Assembly: GCA_002269645.1 (NCBI GenBank)
Contig: NIVC01002699.1
Coordinates: forward strand, 62,001-126,000
Origin: Macrostomum lignano
Lineage: Eukaryota
Reading direction: 5' to 3'
DNA length: 64,000 nt
Position numbers and translations under genes: made by a program. Below, piece by piece: positions 52,219-64,000 of the stretch (positions within the stretch are counted from its first letter, which is position 1; each line of letters opens with the position of its first letter). The notes beneath the pieces were generated by a model that saw nothing but the letters and a program-made list of their open reading frames with translations, searched no databases and was not told the DNA's origin.

Positions 52219-54621
52219 TGATGTAACCGCCCTTGTCGCCTGTCCGCTCCGTAGAGAGACGAACGCATGACTAGAGGGGGCAATGACCGTAGGCTGCCTA
52301 TGACCGGGCAATGACCTGACGGACCTCCAGCACCAGACTGTCCCGCCCACATGATTGGTAGCTTTGGTAGCGCTTTGTGACCAGAGGGCCAAGGACCCAC
52401 ATGGACCCCACCTGTAGCCAAGGTGCAATAGTTGGTCACTCGGTCATAGTATGACCGAGTGGCTGCCACCACTCTATGTGACCTGGCGCACCTGGATCTT
52501 TCTACCAGACCTCTCGAGGCTAGAGCCCCGCCTGGGATGGTTACCAGGAGATTTAGGCTAACAGGGGAGACACATGCAGCCGAGTACAGGGACTCTGCTT
52601 GGGGCATGATCGGGAACTCTGGGCTCAATCTGGAGGATTTCTCAGCAGGGGATCCTTTGTGGCTGTGAGCGAGGCTGACTTACGACCTTGATTACTAAGA
52701 GTAGTATGAGGCGAACATGTTACTGTCTACAGTTTAGATTGCTCAGGGCGAAGGGACGCGTCAGCATGGGGTTGCAACCTTCCTACTGCCATTCTGTGCC
52801 AAGACTCGCTAATCCCTCTACTGCACGCACACGCAGCCCCGCAGCACGCACTCACAGGCAGGCTTTGCACGGGGAGAGGCCATTAGCTTACCCAAACTTC
52901 CCTATGCTTTGCCACCCCGGGAGAAAGGCTTAGCAAGCCATGAGTGAAATGATGGTGAAAGAGTGAATAATGATGAGGTTAGTTAATAGTTAATAATTCG
53001 GCCCTTAGGCAAATAATCAGGCAATTAGGCGGCTTCACTATTAAGTAAAAATACAGCAAAAGATACGGTATTACAACTGGCTCAGCTCTCTAATCAGACA
53101 ATGGAAAATAGGCAAACCCCGGATAAGCAAAGGCAATTAGAGCACAAATTAGTAACAGGAACTTACCGGCAGCTGCACAGAGAGAGAGAGAGGCGGAGTG
53201 ACCGAGGGCGGCTGTAGGCTGCAGTCAGGCAGATGGTGAAGCGGCGATGCGCTGAGGCGACGAGGCGCTGGTGTAGATCAGGCGAAGCTGATGATGCTGG
53301 GCGGTGTCAGACCGCTGGCCGATAGGCGAGCTCACTTGGGGAGCTGAAGATAACTTGGCGGTAACAGACCGCGGACCGGCAGGGATTCGTCTTATAGACG
53401 AATGGGTCAGAACTCAGTCTGACGGCAAGTCTAAAGAAAGACTAGGAGCCCGAAGGTGGGCAAAAGTTGAGACTTCTCATGCTTAACTTAACTTAACTTG
53501 ATAAGTAATTCCGGCGCCTCAGCCATTGAAATAGGCTCTTACGCCACTAGATATAAATAAGTTTCCTGAATAGGGAGTGTACTAATGTACACTAAAAGCC
53601 AAGTTAGACTATAGAGGACTGTACAGGGCAAAGTCATAAAAACCAAACCTCCCCGAGACTTCTCATGCCGAAAACCGCCTCCTTTTATAGCCTTCCCAGC
53701 CGCCGCTCCAAGGTCGTTTCCATGGCTCCCTCTCTCTAACTGGCTGCCGGCCGAATGACGTCAGAATGAGTCATGATGAGAAACATGAGACCGGCATAGC
53801 AACATGAGAAATAGGGAAATTGCGCAATCCGGAGGTGGGGTGGGGGGATAATTGGCGCAGCGGGTGGTCGCGAAAGTGTTGCGCAAGCAAACATTGAGAA
53901 CAATGGGGCCGGGGTCGAGAACAAAGGAATTGGAAATCGGGGATAATTGAGGAGAATCAAGGACAATGGAAAAGTAAACATTGGAGAAAAGGTGATAATT
54001 AGGTGCGAAAACGAGAACAAAAGAAAGAGAAAATCGGAGAAAATGTGATAATTGGTGGGGGTCGAGAGAACAAAAGAATCAAAAACGAGAACAATAGAAG
54101 CGGAGGTGGGGTGGGTGTCGCATGAGAAATTTGGGGAGGAGAACAATGGCATGAGAAAAGGTTGCGCAAGAGAGGGGGATGAGTCATCGATGAGTCATCG
54201 GGGGGAAGAAGGGGTCACACGACTTGCGTCACCGTTTGGGAGTTTGGGAAAGGATGGGAGGACGGTGAGCACACAACATACTGTAAGTAGATGTAGAGAA
54301 AGAGGGGACAGCGCAGGAAAAGAGTGCAGAGAGAGACAAAAAGAGGGGGATAGGGGAAGTACCAGAAGAATAGGGTGGAGTGCAGGGGAGATAAGGTAGA
54401 GGGGAGGGTACAGAGAGGGACAGGGAGCTCCGGAAAGACATGTGTGGCGGCAGGGGAGACGGAACCAAGGCAGCAGGGGGGTGCAGCAGAGCGGGAGTCT
54501 CCAGGCCTGGTCGGAAACCTGGCCGAGTCTCGACGGCTCTGTGCAGGGGGGTACACGGGATAGGAGGCACTTACGAAAAAGTTCCCATGCCCTATCCCGC
54601 GACCAGAGCGTGGTTACATCA
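52219..54621 (-). mobile_element. Solo LTR (Ty3/Gypsy-type), 2403 bp
   Basis: Termini TGATGTAACC...GGTTACATCA form a 10-bp inverted TG...CA pair. 4-bp TSD AGTA (52215-52218, 54622-54625). No gag/pol ORF. Orientation is inferred from minus-strand TATAAAA at 53683-53689. Confidence 0.78.
53683..54197 (-). promoter_or_regulatory. Putative LTR U3 promoter/enhancer: TATA box plus CRE, AP-1 and C/EBP consensus sites
   Basis: TGACGTCA at 53756-53763; TGAGTCA at 53767, 54180, 54191; TTGCGCAA at 53820, 53879, 54162; TATAAAA (minus) at 53683-53689. Confidence 0.55.
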
Positions 54622-54682
54622 AGTAATATAATTTTACGCTAAGATTTCTATTTCTATTTTCCTATATAAAATTGCGCTGAGA

Positions 54683-55336
54683 AGTCAGTCAGTCAGTCAG
54701 TCAGTCAGTCAGTCAGTCAGTCAGTCAGTCAGTCAGTCAGTCAGTCAGTCAGTCAGTCAGTCAGTCAGTCAGTCAGTCAGTCAGTCAGTCAGTCAGTCAG
54801 TCAGTCAGTCAGTCAGTCAGTCAGTCAGTCAGTCAGTCAGTCAGTCAGTCAGTCAGTCAGTCAGTCAGTCAGTCAGTCAGTCAGTCAGTCAGTCAGTCAG
54901 TCAGTCAGTCAGTCAGTCAGTCAGTCAGTCAGTCAGTCAGTCAGTCAGTCAGTCAGTCAGTCAGTCAGTCAGTCAGTCAGTCAGTCAGTCAGTCAGTCAG
55001 TCAGTCAGTCAGTCAGTCAGTCAGTCAGTCAGTCAGTCAGTCAGTCAGTCAGTCAGTCAGTCAGTCAGTCAGTCAGTCAGTCAGTCAGTCAGTCAGTCAG
55101 TCAGTCAGTCAGTCAGTCAGTCAGTCAGTCAGTCAGTCAGTCAGTCAGTCAGTCAGTCAGTCAGTCAGTCAGTCAGTCAGTCAGTCAGTCAGTCAGTCAG
55201 TCAGTCAGTCAGTCAGTCAGTCAGTCAGTCAGTCAGTCAGTCAGTCAGTCAGTCAGTCAGTCAGTCAGTCAGTCAGTCAGTCAGTCAGTCAGTCAGTCAG
55301 TCAGTCAGTCAGTCAGTCAGTCAGTCAGTCAGTCAG
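54683..55336. repeat. Perfect (AGTC)n microsatellite, ~650 bp
   Basis: Direct reading. Confidence 0.98.
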
Positions 55337-55732
55337 GCTGCAATGGCTACAGGAAACCACCCCTCGACCTCTGTAGAGTATGGAGCCAATATACAAGTCG
55401 GATTACCTTTCATCTGTTGGATTTGAGTCAAATCAAGTGCATATGTACTTATCAATCAGTTTATGCTAGTAACTACAAATTGCGCGCTTGTGCCATGAAG
55501 TGTTTGTATATCAAACTGCACGCCTGTACAGCATTCCGTTATTATTCAAATGTTAGTTAACTGCAGTGTAAAAAGTTGCTTACACTACATATCGGATATT
55601 GCACCACTATATAATACTTCAATGAGTTGCTACAATTTATGCGCAGAATCGTTTAGAGAGGAACAAAATTATTTAGAGAGGGCTTGATATGCTAAAGACT
55701 CTACTCAAAAAATAAAATCTTTACAAAAGTTT

Positions 55733-55805
55733 CGACCCAGGCAGGACTCGAACCTGCAATCTTCTGATCCGAAGTCAGACGCCTTATCCATTAGGCCACT
55801 AGGCC
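55733..55805 (-). tRNA. tRNA-Arg(TCG): tRNA-Arg (anticodon TCG), 73 nt, intronless
   Basis: GGCCTAGTGGCCTAATGGATAAGGCGTCTGACTTCGGATCAGAAGATTGCAGGTTCGAGTCCTGCCTGGGTCG. A and B boxes intact, cloverleaf folds, TTTT terminator 3 nt downstream. Confidence 0.96.
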
Positions 55806-56834
55806 ACGAGTCACGAGAAAGGAGAAAGCAGAAGTCTATCTAAACATCCAATGCTTTCCTGATTTTTTCATCTAGGAATGCAATGTATAATAGGAATGGG
55901 GGATGAAGAGCAGTCTTTTATACTTATACATTAAAATCATAAAGATAAAGACTTTAAAGTTCCAACCAAAGTCGTAAGAATGAAACAAAGCCGAAACGAA
56001 AGGTTACATACAGACTTAAAGACGAAAAAGTTGTTATAACATTGTGACGAATTAAACTGGAATTAACTTGGAATTTTTAGCAACAAAGCACTATCTCTCA
56101 TGATTTCTAACCTAAAATACATGTATGATTGATCATGGATGATCGATTTAGCTATCTATGAAAAAAAATTGTTTGTTTTTCTCCAGCATCGAGCGCGTGT
56201 AGTAAACCGTCTACTGTTTAGTAGTAATGATGAAATATGGTTATCTAATTTTAACAGGACGTTAAAATGTGTATTTATTAAAAACTCAACATTTCAAATT
56301 CACTCAGCTCTAATTTTATAGACGTTTTGGCTTTTTGATGTTTAGCAAATCCTTTTCTCAACTCTCTCAATTATTTAGCCTAGCTCAACTATTGCTATCT
56401 ATGCATTAAACGAGGAATTGTCAATCAAGGTTGAGGTTGTCCTTCTCTCAGTTCTCTGCGCTTGTAAATAAGGAAAAATCATGAGATAAGTTAAGACACA
56501 CGAGGCCATTAGCTTAATATTGGAACACGTTTAATTGTAGAAGTATAAAGCACTAAGTTAAGCAACAAAAATCTAGCCAAGTAAAGGTTATAGCTAATTG
56601 ACAAGATAAAATAATACACAACCTTGCATGTATACAATGTTAAGCTATTATAGAACAAAATGTGTTCACGGGAACATAATTTTTTTAAATGAGGTAATCA
56701 GTTTGTTAAAATCAATACTTTTACAATCCAATATTCAATATAATAGTTGATACAGTACTTCACCTGTTAACCTAGAGTTCTAACAATAATAACAATAATA
56801 AAATATCATATCAAAAATCTTAAAAAAAGTTTGC

Positions 56835-58349
56835 CTAGATGATTAAAACAAAAAACGCTGTCGCTAGGCAACCAAATGCGGTTGCCATGGCAACTGATTC
56901 CGGCTTGTTAATCCCATTGTTGGCAACAATCTGCCTGTAAACTTTCCTGCTAGACTCAATGCTAGAATCTTCGGCTAGAGTGTCCCAGCATTGAGTCATG
57001 TTTCCCAGAAATTCCCCTTGTCCTTCATCCAGACGACACTTGAGTCGTCCCTCGCCAACAGAATTTCTTCCGTAGCAACTGTACTCGCCAGCCGGCAGGG
57101 TGTCAGTTGAGCAGTCGGACACCAGGTCAATGTAGGGCTCGGTTTCGATCGTCTCAAAATGGCCGGACATTGTCCGACAGACGGCAGGCGAGTGCGGCGA
57201 GGTTGGCGGCCTGAACTCGAGACTCTCAACCTGAGGGTAGCCCCAGAATCGACACACGATACGGCGACCCCGTCCATGTTCTGTCGTGCGATTTTTCACA
57301 ATCAGTGCCGAATGAATTCGGCGTTGAAGGCCGATGTACTTTACAATGTCAACCCTGGACCAGCTGGTAGGTTGATAGTCCGATTCTGGCTGTGGCTGCC
57401 CGTTTCTGAGTGGTGATCGAGGTCATTGGGACAGACAGTTGCATCATGTATGTACTTTTGATTCCTAACTGGATATGATTCTCAGCTAAAATGTTTAGGA
57501 CACTTACGAGTACATTCTCTTAAAACCTTAGTCAAGGTGACTGATCTAGTTTAGGTCTCTTATATTCTCTGAAGGCCTTGGGAGTCCTTTTCTTCATATA
57601 GAACCTTAATTAGGTCCTTAAAAACCTTAGTTAGGTAACTTCTATTCTTAGAAATCTTAAGTAGGTCACTTATTCTTCCTTAATTTTTCCTATACACAAC
57701 TTTTAATTTGGTCGCTGGTTTTTCTAAGAAAACTTTGACTATAGGTCCACTTTTCTTGCCAGAAAACTAAGCTTGAATAAATTCTATTCTTGAAGAACTT
57801 CTTTTTTAAAGAAAACCTCAACTACGTGTAGGTCTTTTTCGTTGAAAACCTCAGTAGGGTTACTTCTATTATGTAGGTCACTTCTTTTCTTAGAAGCTTG
57901 TTTTGTTGGGTCACTTTAACTCTACAAGGAACTCTACAACCTTCATTTAATTCTAATTGCCTAAAATCACTATCGATACATATCGGTAGCTAGCCAGTCA
58001 CTATATGTCAAGTTAGGCCTTACACTCGCACACTCAGCCGGTAGCGGCCCTCGAAGTATCCCGAAGCCCTTCGACTGTACCGCCTGCCGACGTGCACCAG
58101 CCGGAAGTCAGCAGACGGAAGCTGTCGGTACCATCGGAAGCTGGTATTAGTCAGACTCCACCGCTGCATCACTGATTGTCCGGTGCCGATTGCTCTAAAG
58201 TGCACAGTCTCATTGGCCATCGGTCTCAATGGTCTCCAGGTGAAATCGAAGTTAAACACGTCGTTCTCATTGACAGCGACGATGCTTGGAGTTGAGTCAG
58301 CCGATAGGAAATGGTTGCTAAGCAGCAGGATTAGCGTTGACAACAGCAT
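56835..58349 (-). CDS. Secreted/probably GPI-anchored immunoglobulin-domain protein, 298 aa; join(58024-58349,56835-57405)
   Basis: Signal peptide MLLSTLILLLSNHFLSA. Phase-2 junction CGAGT|gtaagg..ctcag|AAAC. Ig-like VCRFWGYP...GEYSCYGRNSVGE. N-glycosylation sequons NET, NTS, NRT, NMT. Hydrophobic C-terminus VAMATAFGCLATAFFVLII* with no cytoplasmic tail. Confidence 0.72.
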
Positions 58350-58441
58350 TGCTGCGGAAGTTGTTGATTTTTTTACTCTCGTCGTTGGTCTTGGATAAAT
58401 CAAATGCAAATACCCAGGGAATTTCCGTGATCTGTGATCCC

Positions 58442-58549
58442 ACCCATTAAGGTCTTTGATCAACCCATTAAGGTCTATGATCAACCCATTAAGGTCTATG
58501 ATCAACCCATTAAGGTCTATGATCAACCCATTAAGGTCTATGATCAACC
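58442..58549. repeat. 21-bp tandem (CCATTAAGGTCTATGATCAAC) x5, left of piggyBac; two more copies at 61254-61293
   Basis: TTAA at 58447, 58468, 58489, 58510, 58531 and at 61254, 61275. Confidence 0.95.
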
Positions 58550-61253
58550 TGCTGTTTGGTATTCTATTCACCAGCGTAGCTTGCGAAATGGCCTGCAGAG
58601 CAGGCCATAGACTATTTCAGCATATTTTTTACACCCCCGTAGCCTGCGATAGCCGGCGGATTAGCTTATACTCGTAGCAATAAAGGATAAACATCAAAGC
58701 AAAAAACAAAGTGGAGTGGGGTGGATGGACGGGTGGGTGGGTATAAATGACACAGTAAAATTGTGGGATTCATCAAATCAAGAAATCTTGAAGCTACATT
58801 ATCAAATTCAAGTGCCAATTAATTGATTAAATCATCAGCAGCTTTATTTTGTGCAATACTTTCCGAGTGTCGGAGAGTGTTTGCATGGCTGCGGCTCAAG
58901 TGCAATTTGATCCGGATACTGACTCCGAACTAGAGGAGGAGGAAGGCTGGCTAACAGCGGACGAGGGTGAAGATGAAGAAGAGGAGGACCTGCATCTCCA
59001 GCCAAATGAAGACGCCGGAGGCTTGCCAAATGATGCTTGGGTGGCACGGGAAGCTGGGCAGGATCAACGGCCAGATGCAGAGCCCGAGTTCTTGGGAATG
59101 CCTGGTGTGGATCCTGACTTACCGAGGCCAGAGACTGCCGATGGCGATCCAGCTGCGTTTTTCAAGCTGTTTCTGACTGCTGACCTGCTGCAACAGCTCT
59201 GCGCTTGGACCAATGCGCGGGCGTGGCGCAAATTCGACGAGCTACAAGCATCGATGCCAAACCTGCCTCAAAGGTTCTCTGCGTGGAACTGTGCCAAGAA
59301 GTTTGTCGCCATGTCGCTTCCTGGACTGTGCCAAGAAGTTTTTCGCCATGTCGCTTTACATGGGAATAGTTAAAAAGCCCGAGATTGCCAACTATTGGAG
59401 CAAAGATGATTTCTACACAACACCTTTCTTCCAACAACTCGCTTGCCTGACAAGTGACAGGTACCAACAGATCAGTAGCCAGCTGCGCTTCTATGACTGC
59501 AACAACTTCGATGGAAACGACCCGCTAGCAAAGGCAAGACCATTTATTACGCGTGTAGCTGAGATATGTCGCAGTGTGTACATGCCAGAAAAAGAAATTA
59601 GTGTCGACGAAGAGCTTGTTCTGTTCAGGGGTCGCGTCATGTTTCGTCAATATATTCCATCCAAGAAAGCGCGATATGGCATCAAACTGTATTGTCCCTG
59701 CGAAGCTAGATCCGGTTACGTCAGCAACTTCTTAGTGCACTCTAGTAGAGCTGAGAATGAGCGATTCGGTCAAGGTCTCGGGTGTGGGGGGCTGTCTCTG
59801 AGTGAGAAAGTCCTGGTGGAGGCAGTTAGGTACGTATTGCATGGATTTAGGTTATCACATCTTCTGCGATAGCTGGTTCGGATCTTATCGTCTTGCGATG
59901 TATCTGCTGCAGCGGAGCACCATGCTGACATGCACAGTTCGCGCCTATCGCGGTGTCCCAGATGGCCTTCGTGGTATCCAGGGAAACCAAGCTCCAAGCT
60001 ACATGTTTATGCGCAAAGGAAACGTGCTAGCGTTGAAAATAGTTGACAGGAAGAGCTCGGGCCTAAAGAAAGTTTACTTCCTTGACACGCAAGGCGTAGC
60101 CCAACTTCACCCTGTTCACCGAATCGTGCGAAACGAACTGGTCATCCAGCAGAAGCAACAGACAGTTGTGTCGTACAACAGATTTATGGGTGGTGTCGAC
60201 AGGCTGGACTCTGCCTTGCAGCCATACAACCAATGCCGGCGGACTCAGAAGTGGCCCACAAAGCTCGGCGCGCACCTTTTTCTTGTACTGGCCAGAAATG
60301 CATGGGTTGTGTACCGATCGTGCGGAGGTACACTGGAGTTTTTAAAGTTTTTGGAGACCATCATCAAGAACTTTATCGACTCCTCTGGACCAGGTCGTGT
60401 AAGAGCTGCTCGGGCACAGCAGCAGCCAGCAGTGGCTCACCAACAGCACTCGCTGAAGCGCATTGAAGCCACCGAAGCGCAAGCCCGACCAACGAAGCGG
60501 TGCAGGCAGTGCTACAAGAACGGCCAGGCCAAGAAAACAGTCTTCTGCTGCGGATCATGTGAAGGCAACCCTGGACTGTGCGCAGCCCCCTGCTTTGCCG
60601 ACTGGCATGCCGCTCAGGTGTAACTTAAATTTGTTTTTAGTTTTCAAAGCCAAAGGTAGCTCATATTTAATTGACAAACAATATGCGGCATAACTTCGGT
60701 TTCCCACTCTAAATTATTTTCCGGATTCTTTTAAACTTACAGTCTAAAAATTTAAAAGAAGTAAAAAAGTAAAAGGTAAAAAGTCAACACGGCACAATAT
60801 AATAGTCCAAACTCCAAAGCTAAAAAATGAAGCATGTTTTTTTTAATTCCTAATCTGGAAAGGCCGGAAAAAAGCAGTAACGCATGTTTAAAAGCAATAA
60901 AGTATTAATGCCTGAAAATCCAGTAAAAAATTTATTGCGGGAAACCGAATTTATGCCCGATATGCCATCTGGGTATAAACAGGTTATGTTATTGTTGCTG
61001 TTTAGCTGTTAAACATTGTTTATACGTTATAGCAATTTATCTTTTTGATTTTTACTGCTTCTTATTAAAAATGACTACATCAGATAGAAAAACTCGTTGA
61101 CCGTGATCTACAAAATGTTTTCTGTATAGAAAATAGTCATGGCCTGCTCAGCAGGCCAAAGCCGCAAGCTACGGTTATGCAGACTTATTTTTCGAAACAG
61201 CATCCAAATGATTCGCAAGCCATAGACCATGAGCTATGCTCGCATCCTCGGGG
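58550..61253 (+). mobile_element. piggyBac DNA transposon, decayed; right end intact, left terminus missing
   Basis: Right end ...CCTCGGGG|TTAA. Subterminal inverted repeats at 58575-58617 and 61131-61173, each with a GGCCTGC-nnn-GCAGGCC palindrome. No TTAA|CCCCGAGG on the left. Confidence 0.85.
58885..60623 (+). pseudogene. piggyBac (PGBD4-like) transposase with two frameshifts
   Basis: Acidic N-terminus; DDD triad ISVDEE / IFCDSWF / YNRFMGGVDRLD; C-terminal Cys-rich domain RCRQC...CGSC...LC...CF..WH. A 37-bp tandem duplication at ~59288-59361 and a 1-nt shift near 59825 break the frame. Confidence 0.92.
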
Positions 61254-61789
61254 TTAAGGTCTATGATCAACCCATTAAGGTCTATGATCAACCAATTGGA
61301 ATCCACGAATCATTTTTTAAGTTTTCTGACAAAAATTAAATTAGCTAGGTATAAAATGATCAGATTAAACCCAGGCCAAACTTAATTAGGATTCATAGAT
61401 GAAGATATCCACATCATCCAAGAATGAAGATTCTGCAAGGTCTAACTAAAGAGAAGAGAAGGCAACTCGCGCGGGGTCAGATGAGGACAATTTGTACACC
61501 AAGAGTGGTCACAAAATTCCTTCTAAGAGTCCAAGCAACTATAAATTTATCGCACCAATTAATCGGCAAATTATCTTTAATCTGCTCTCAGCCTGGCAGT
61601 CAAGTGATTGAGCACTTTATGGTTGGATTTGCAAACTCTTTGGTTGGCTTTTGAGACTGAAGCGCTTTTGAAGAAGAAAATTATAATACGAGCTCCTGTA
61701 TTTGCGTTGGATTTTGGATCTTAGTGAACTCGGTGAACTCTGATACTCGTAATTCAAGCAACTAAATTCTCCCCTCTCCTCTCCCCCTT

Positions 61790-62575
61790 ATCATTCTATC
61801 CCCTCTCCTTCTCTGATCCCTTATCTCTCTCTCCCTCTCCTTATTTCCCATCTCCTTCTCTCCTTCTCCCTCTTCTTCTCTCCCTCTCTCTTTTCTTCTC
61901 TCCCTCTCCCTCTTCTTCTCTCCCTCTCCCTCTTCTTCTCTCCCTCTTCTTCTCTCCCTCTCCCCTTTCTTCTCTCCCTCTCCCTCTTCTTCTCTCCCTC
62001 TCCCTCTTCTTCTCTCCCTCTCTCTCTTCTTCTCTCCCTCTCCCTCTTCTTCTCTCCCTCTCCCTCTTCTTCTCTCCCTCTCCCTCTTCTTCTCTCCCTC
62101 TCCCTCTTCTTCTCTCTCTCTCTCTCTCTTCTTCTCTCCCTCTCTCTCTTCTTCTCTCCCTCTCTCTCTTCTTCTCTCCCTCTCTTTCTCTTTCTCTCCC
62201 TCTCTCCCTCTCCCCTCCCCTCTTCTTCTCTCCCTCTCCCCTCCTTTCTCCTTCTCTCCTCTCCTTCTCGTCCTCTCCTTCTCTCCTTCTCCCTCTCTCC
62301 CTCTCCTCTCCCCTCTACTTCTCTCCCCTCTACTTCTCTCCCCTCTCCTTCTCTCCCCTCTCCTTCTCTCCCTTCTCCTCGCCCCTCTCCTTTCTGTCAC
62401 CCTTTCCTCTCCTCTCATTCACTCCTCATTCACTCCCTCTCTTCTTTCCCTTCTTCACCCTCTCCCTCAGTCTGCTCCATCCATCTCTCCCGCTCCATCC
62501 CTCCGTTTTCTCTGCCCTCTCCTTCTCTCATCTCTCCTTTACTCTCCCCTATATCCATCCCTCCTCAAAGCTGAC
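61790..62575. repeat. CT-rich low-complexity / 18-bp (CTCTTCTTCTCTCCCTCT) array
   Basis: Direct reading. Confidence 0.9.
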
Positions 62576-63235
62576 CTCTCCTGTTCCAAAAAAGCAGAGC
62601 AAACCAGCGGCATACCTGAGTCACTGTGAAATTCGTCCCTTCTCATTGAGCCGCGCACACAGCCTGAGCAAAGTAGAAGCAATGAAAACTCTTTCAACTA
62701 GTTTTGACTGTCTTTCTAAATTTTTCTCTTATTGAGCCTTTTTTTCTGCCTCTTTTTCTCTCTCCTAAACAATCTTCTCGGAATGCTTTTGAATACCAGC
62801 TATGACTCTAGCAGCTTAAATAGCTTCGGCTGTTCGAGTCTTTGAAGTCGGGTCCTGTGTGTAGTTAAATATAAATTGCGCAATTTCATCTGCGACCTAC
62901 CAAAAAGCAGCCAGAGTTGAGATTGAAAAATTCTAAGGTTGGTTAGCTTATTTAAAAGAAGCCAGTGGCTGTGCTTGCTCTTGGGCAGAGTTTACAAGCA
63001 TAAATTTTGATTCTCCACTAATCTCTACTAGTGAGCATCGACCAACCAGGAGAGAGGAGGGGTAGAGAAATATTGTAGCAGCTCAGTCACTGCCATAACG
63101 AGGCATAATAAAGAATTTTAATGAGCCCCGTGCTCTCTCTACCGCAGTGAAGCTGCGCGAGTTTCAAGCTTTTGAAAAATACACTCAACTATTTCTTTTG
63201 CATGGATTTCCGATGTACAGACTTTTACAGCGCCC

Positions 63236-63646
<411 letters not shown>

Positions 63647-64000
63647 TACTAGTACTACTACTATAAAAAACCAAGAGAAGTAGTCTCAGGTTTGAGAGTC
63701 AATCTCCTGACTAATTAGGCAAAGCTTGGACGCTAAGTCAGTAAATATAAAACAATAACAGTATATTTAAATATGCATATATATAGCATCTCGCCATCTA
63801 ATTCACTGTTGAGTAGTGATTCGAATAGTCGTGTTATTAGGCAAAAGAAAATTTCTAAAATTTAACAATTATCTTTTCAAATCTATTTTCAAGAATTTTA
63901 AGCGTTTATAAAAATATAAAAAATATAAATAATCTTGGCATTACAGAATGCACAACAAAGGCGATCTGCTGGTTGAACATGTTTCAGAAGTCAATTTCAA

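Noticed and set aside
62873-62886. 14-bp palindrome AAATTGCGCAATTT (C/EBP consensus)
   Set aside because: Single site with no confirmed promoter; recorded only because it matches the LTR motif.

Overview
Eukaryotic (metazoan) genomic DNA with spliceosomal GT-AG introns, GC-rich exons and introns filled with mini/microsatellites. The style resembles a free-living flatworm such as Macrostomum, but that is inference only. I reconstructed four host genes by hand from splice sites and phases. (1) A 6-exon Rab26/Rab37-like GTPase (+, 10014-16025) with Thr in place of the catalytic switch-II Gln. (2) An uncharacterised coiled-coil protein (-, 3' exons 18373-21516). (3) An 8-exon, 7-EC-repeat protocadherin (-, 26798-46602) with two single-base homopolymer frameshifts and an apparently calcium-free EC5/EC6 linker. 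(4) A 2-exon secreted/GPI-type Ig-domain protein (-, 56835-58349). The window also holds the probable last two exons of an upstream gene (820-1409) and one tRNA-Arg(TCG). Mobile DNA comprises a 2.2-kb non-autonomous P-element (21-bp TIRs, 8-bp TSD, THAP domain) carrying a nested Crypton-like tyrosine-recombinase remnant, a 2.4-kb solo LTR with a dense bZIP-site cluster, a decayed piggyBac between TTAA-containing 21-bp repeats, and hAT-like MITEs. Most long ORFs in the supplied track are artefacts of tandem repeats.
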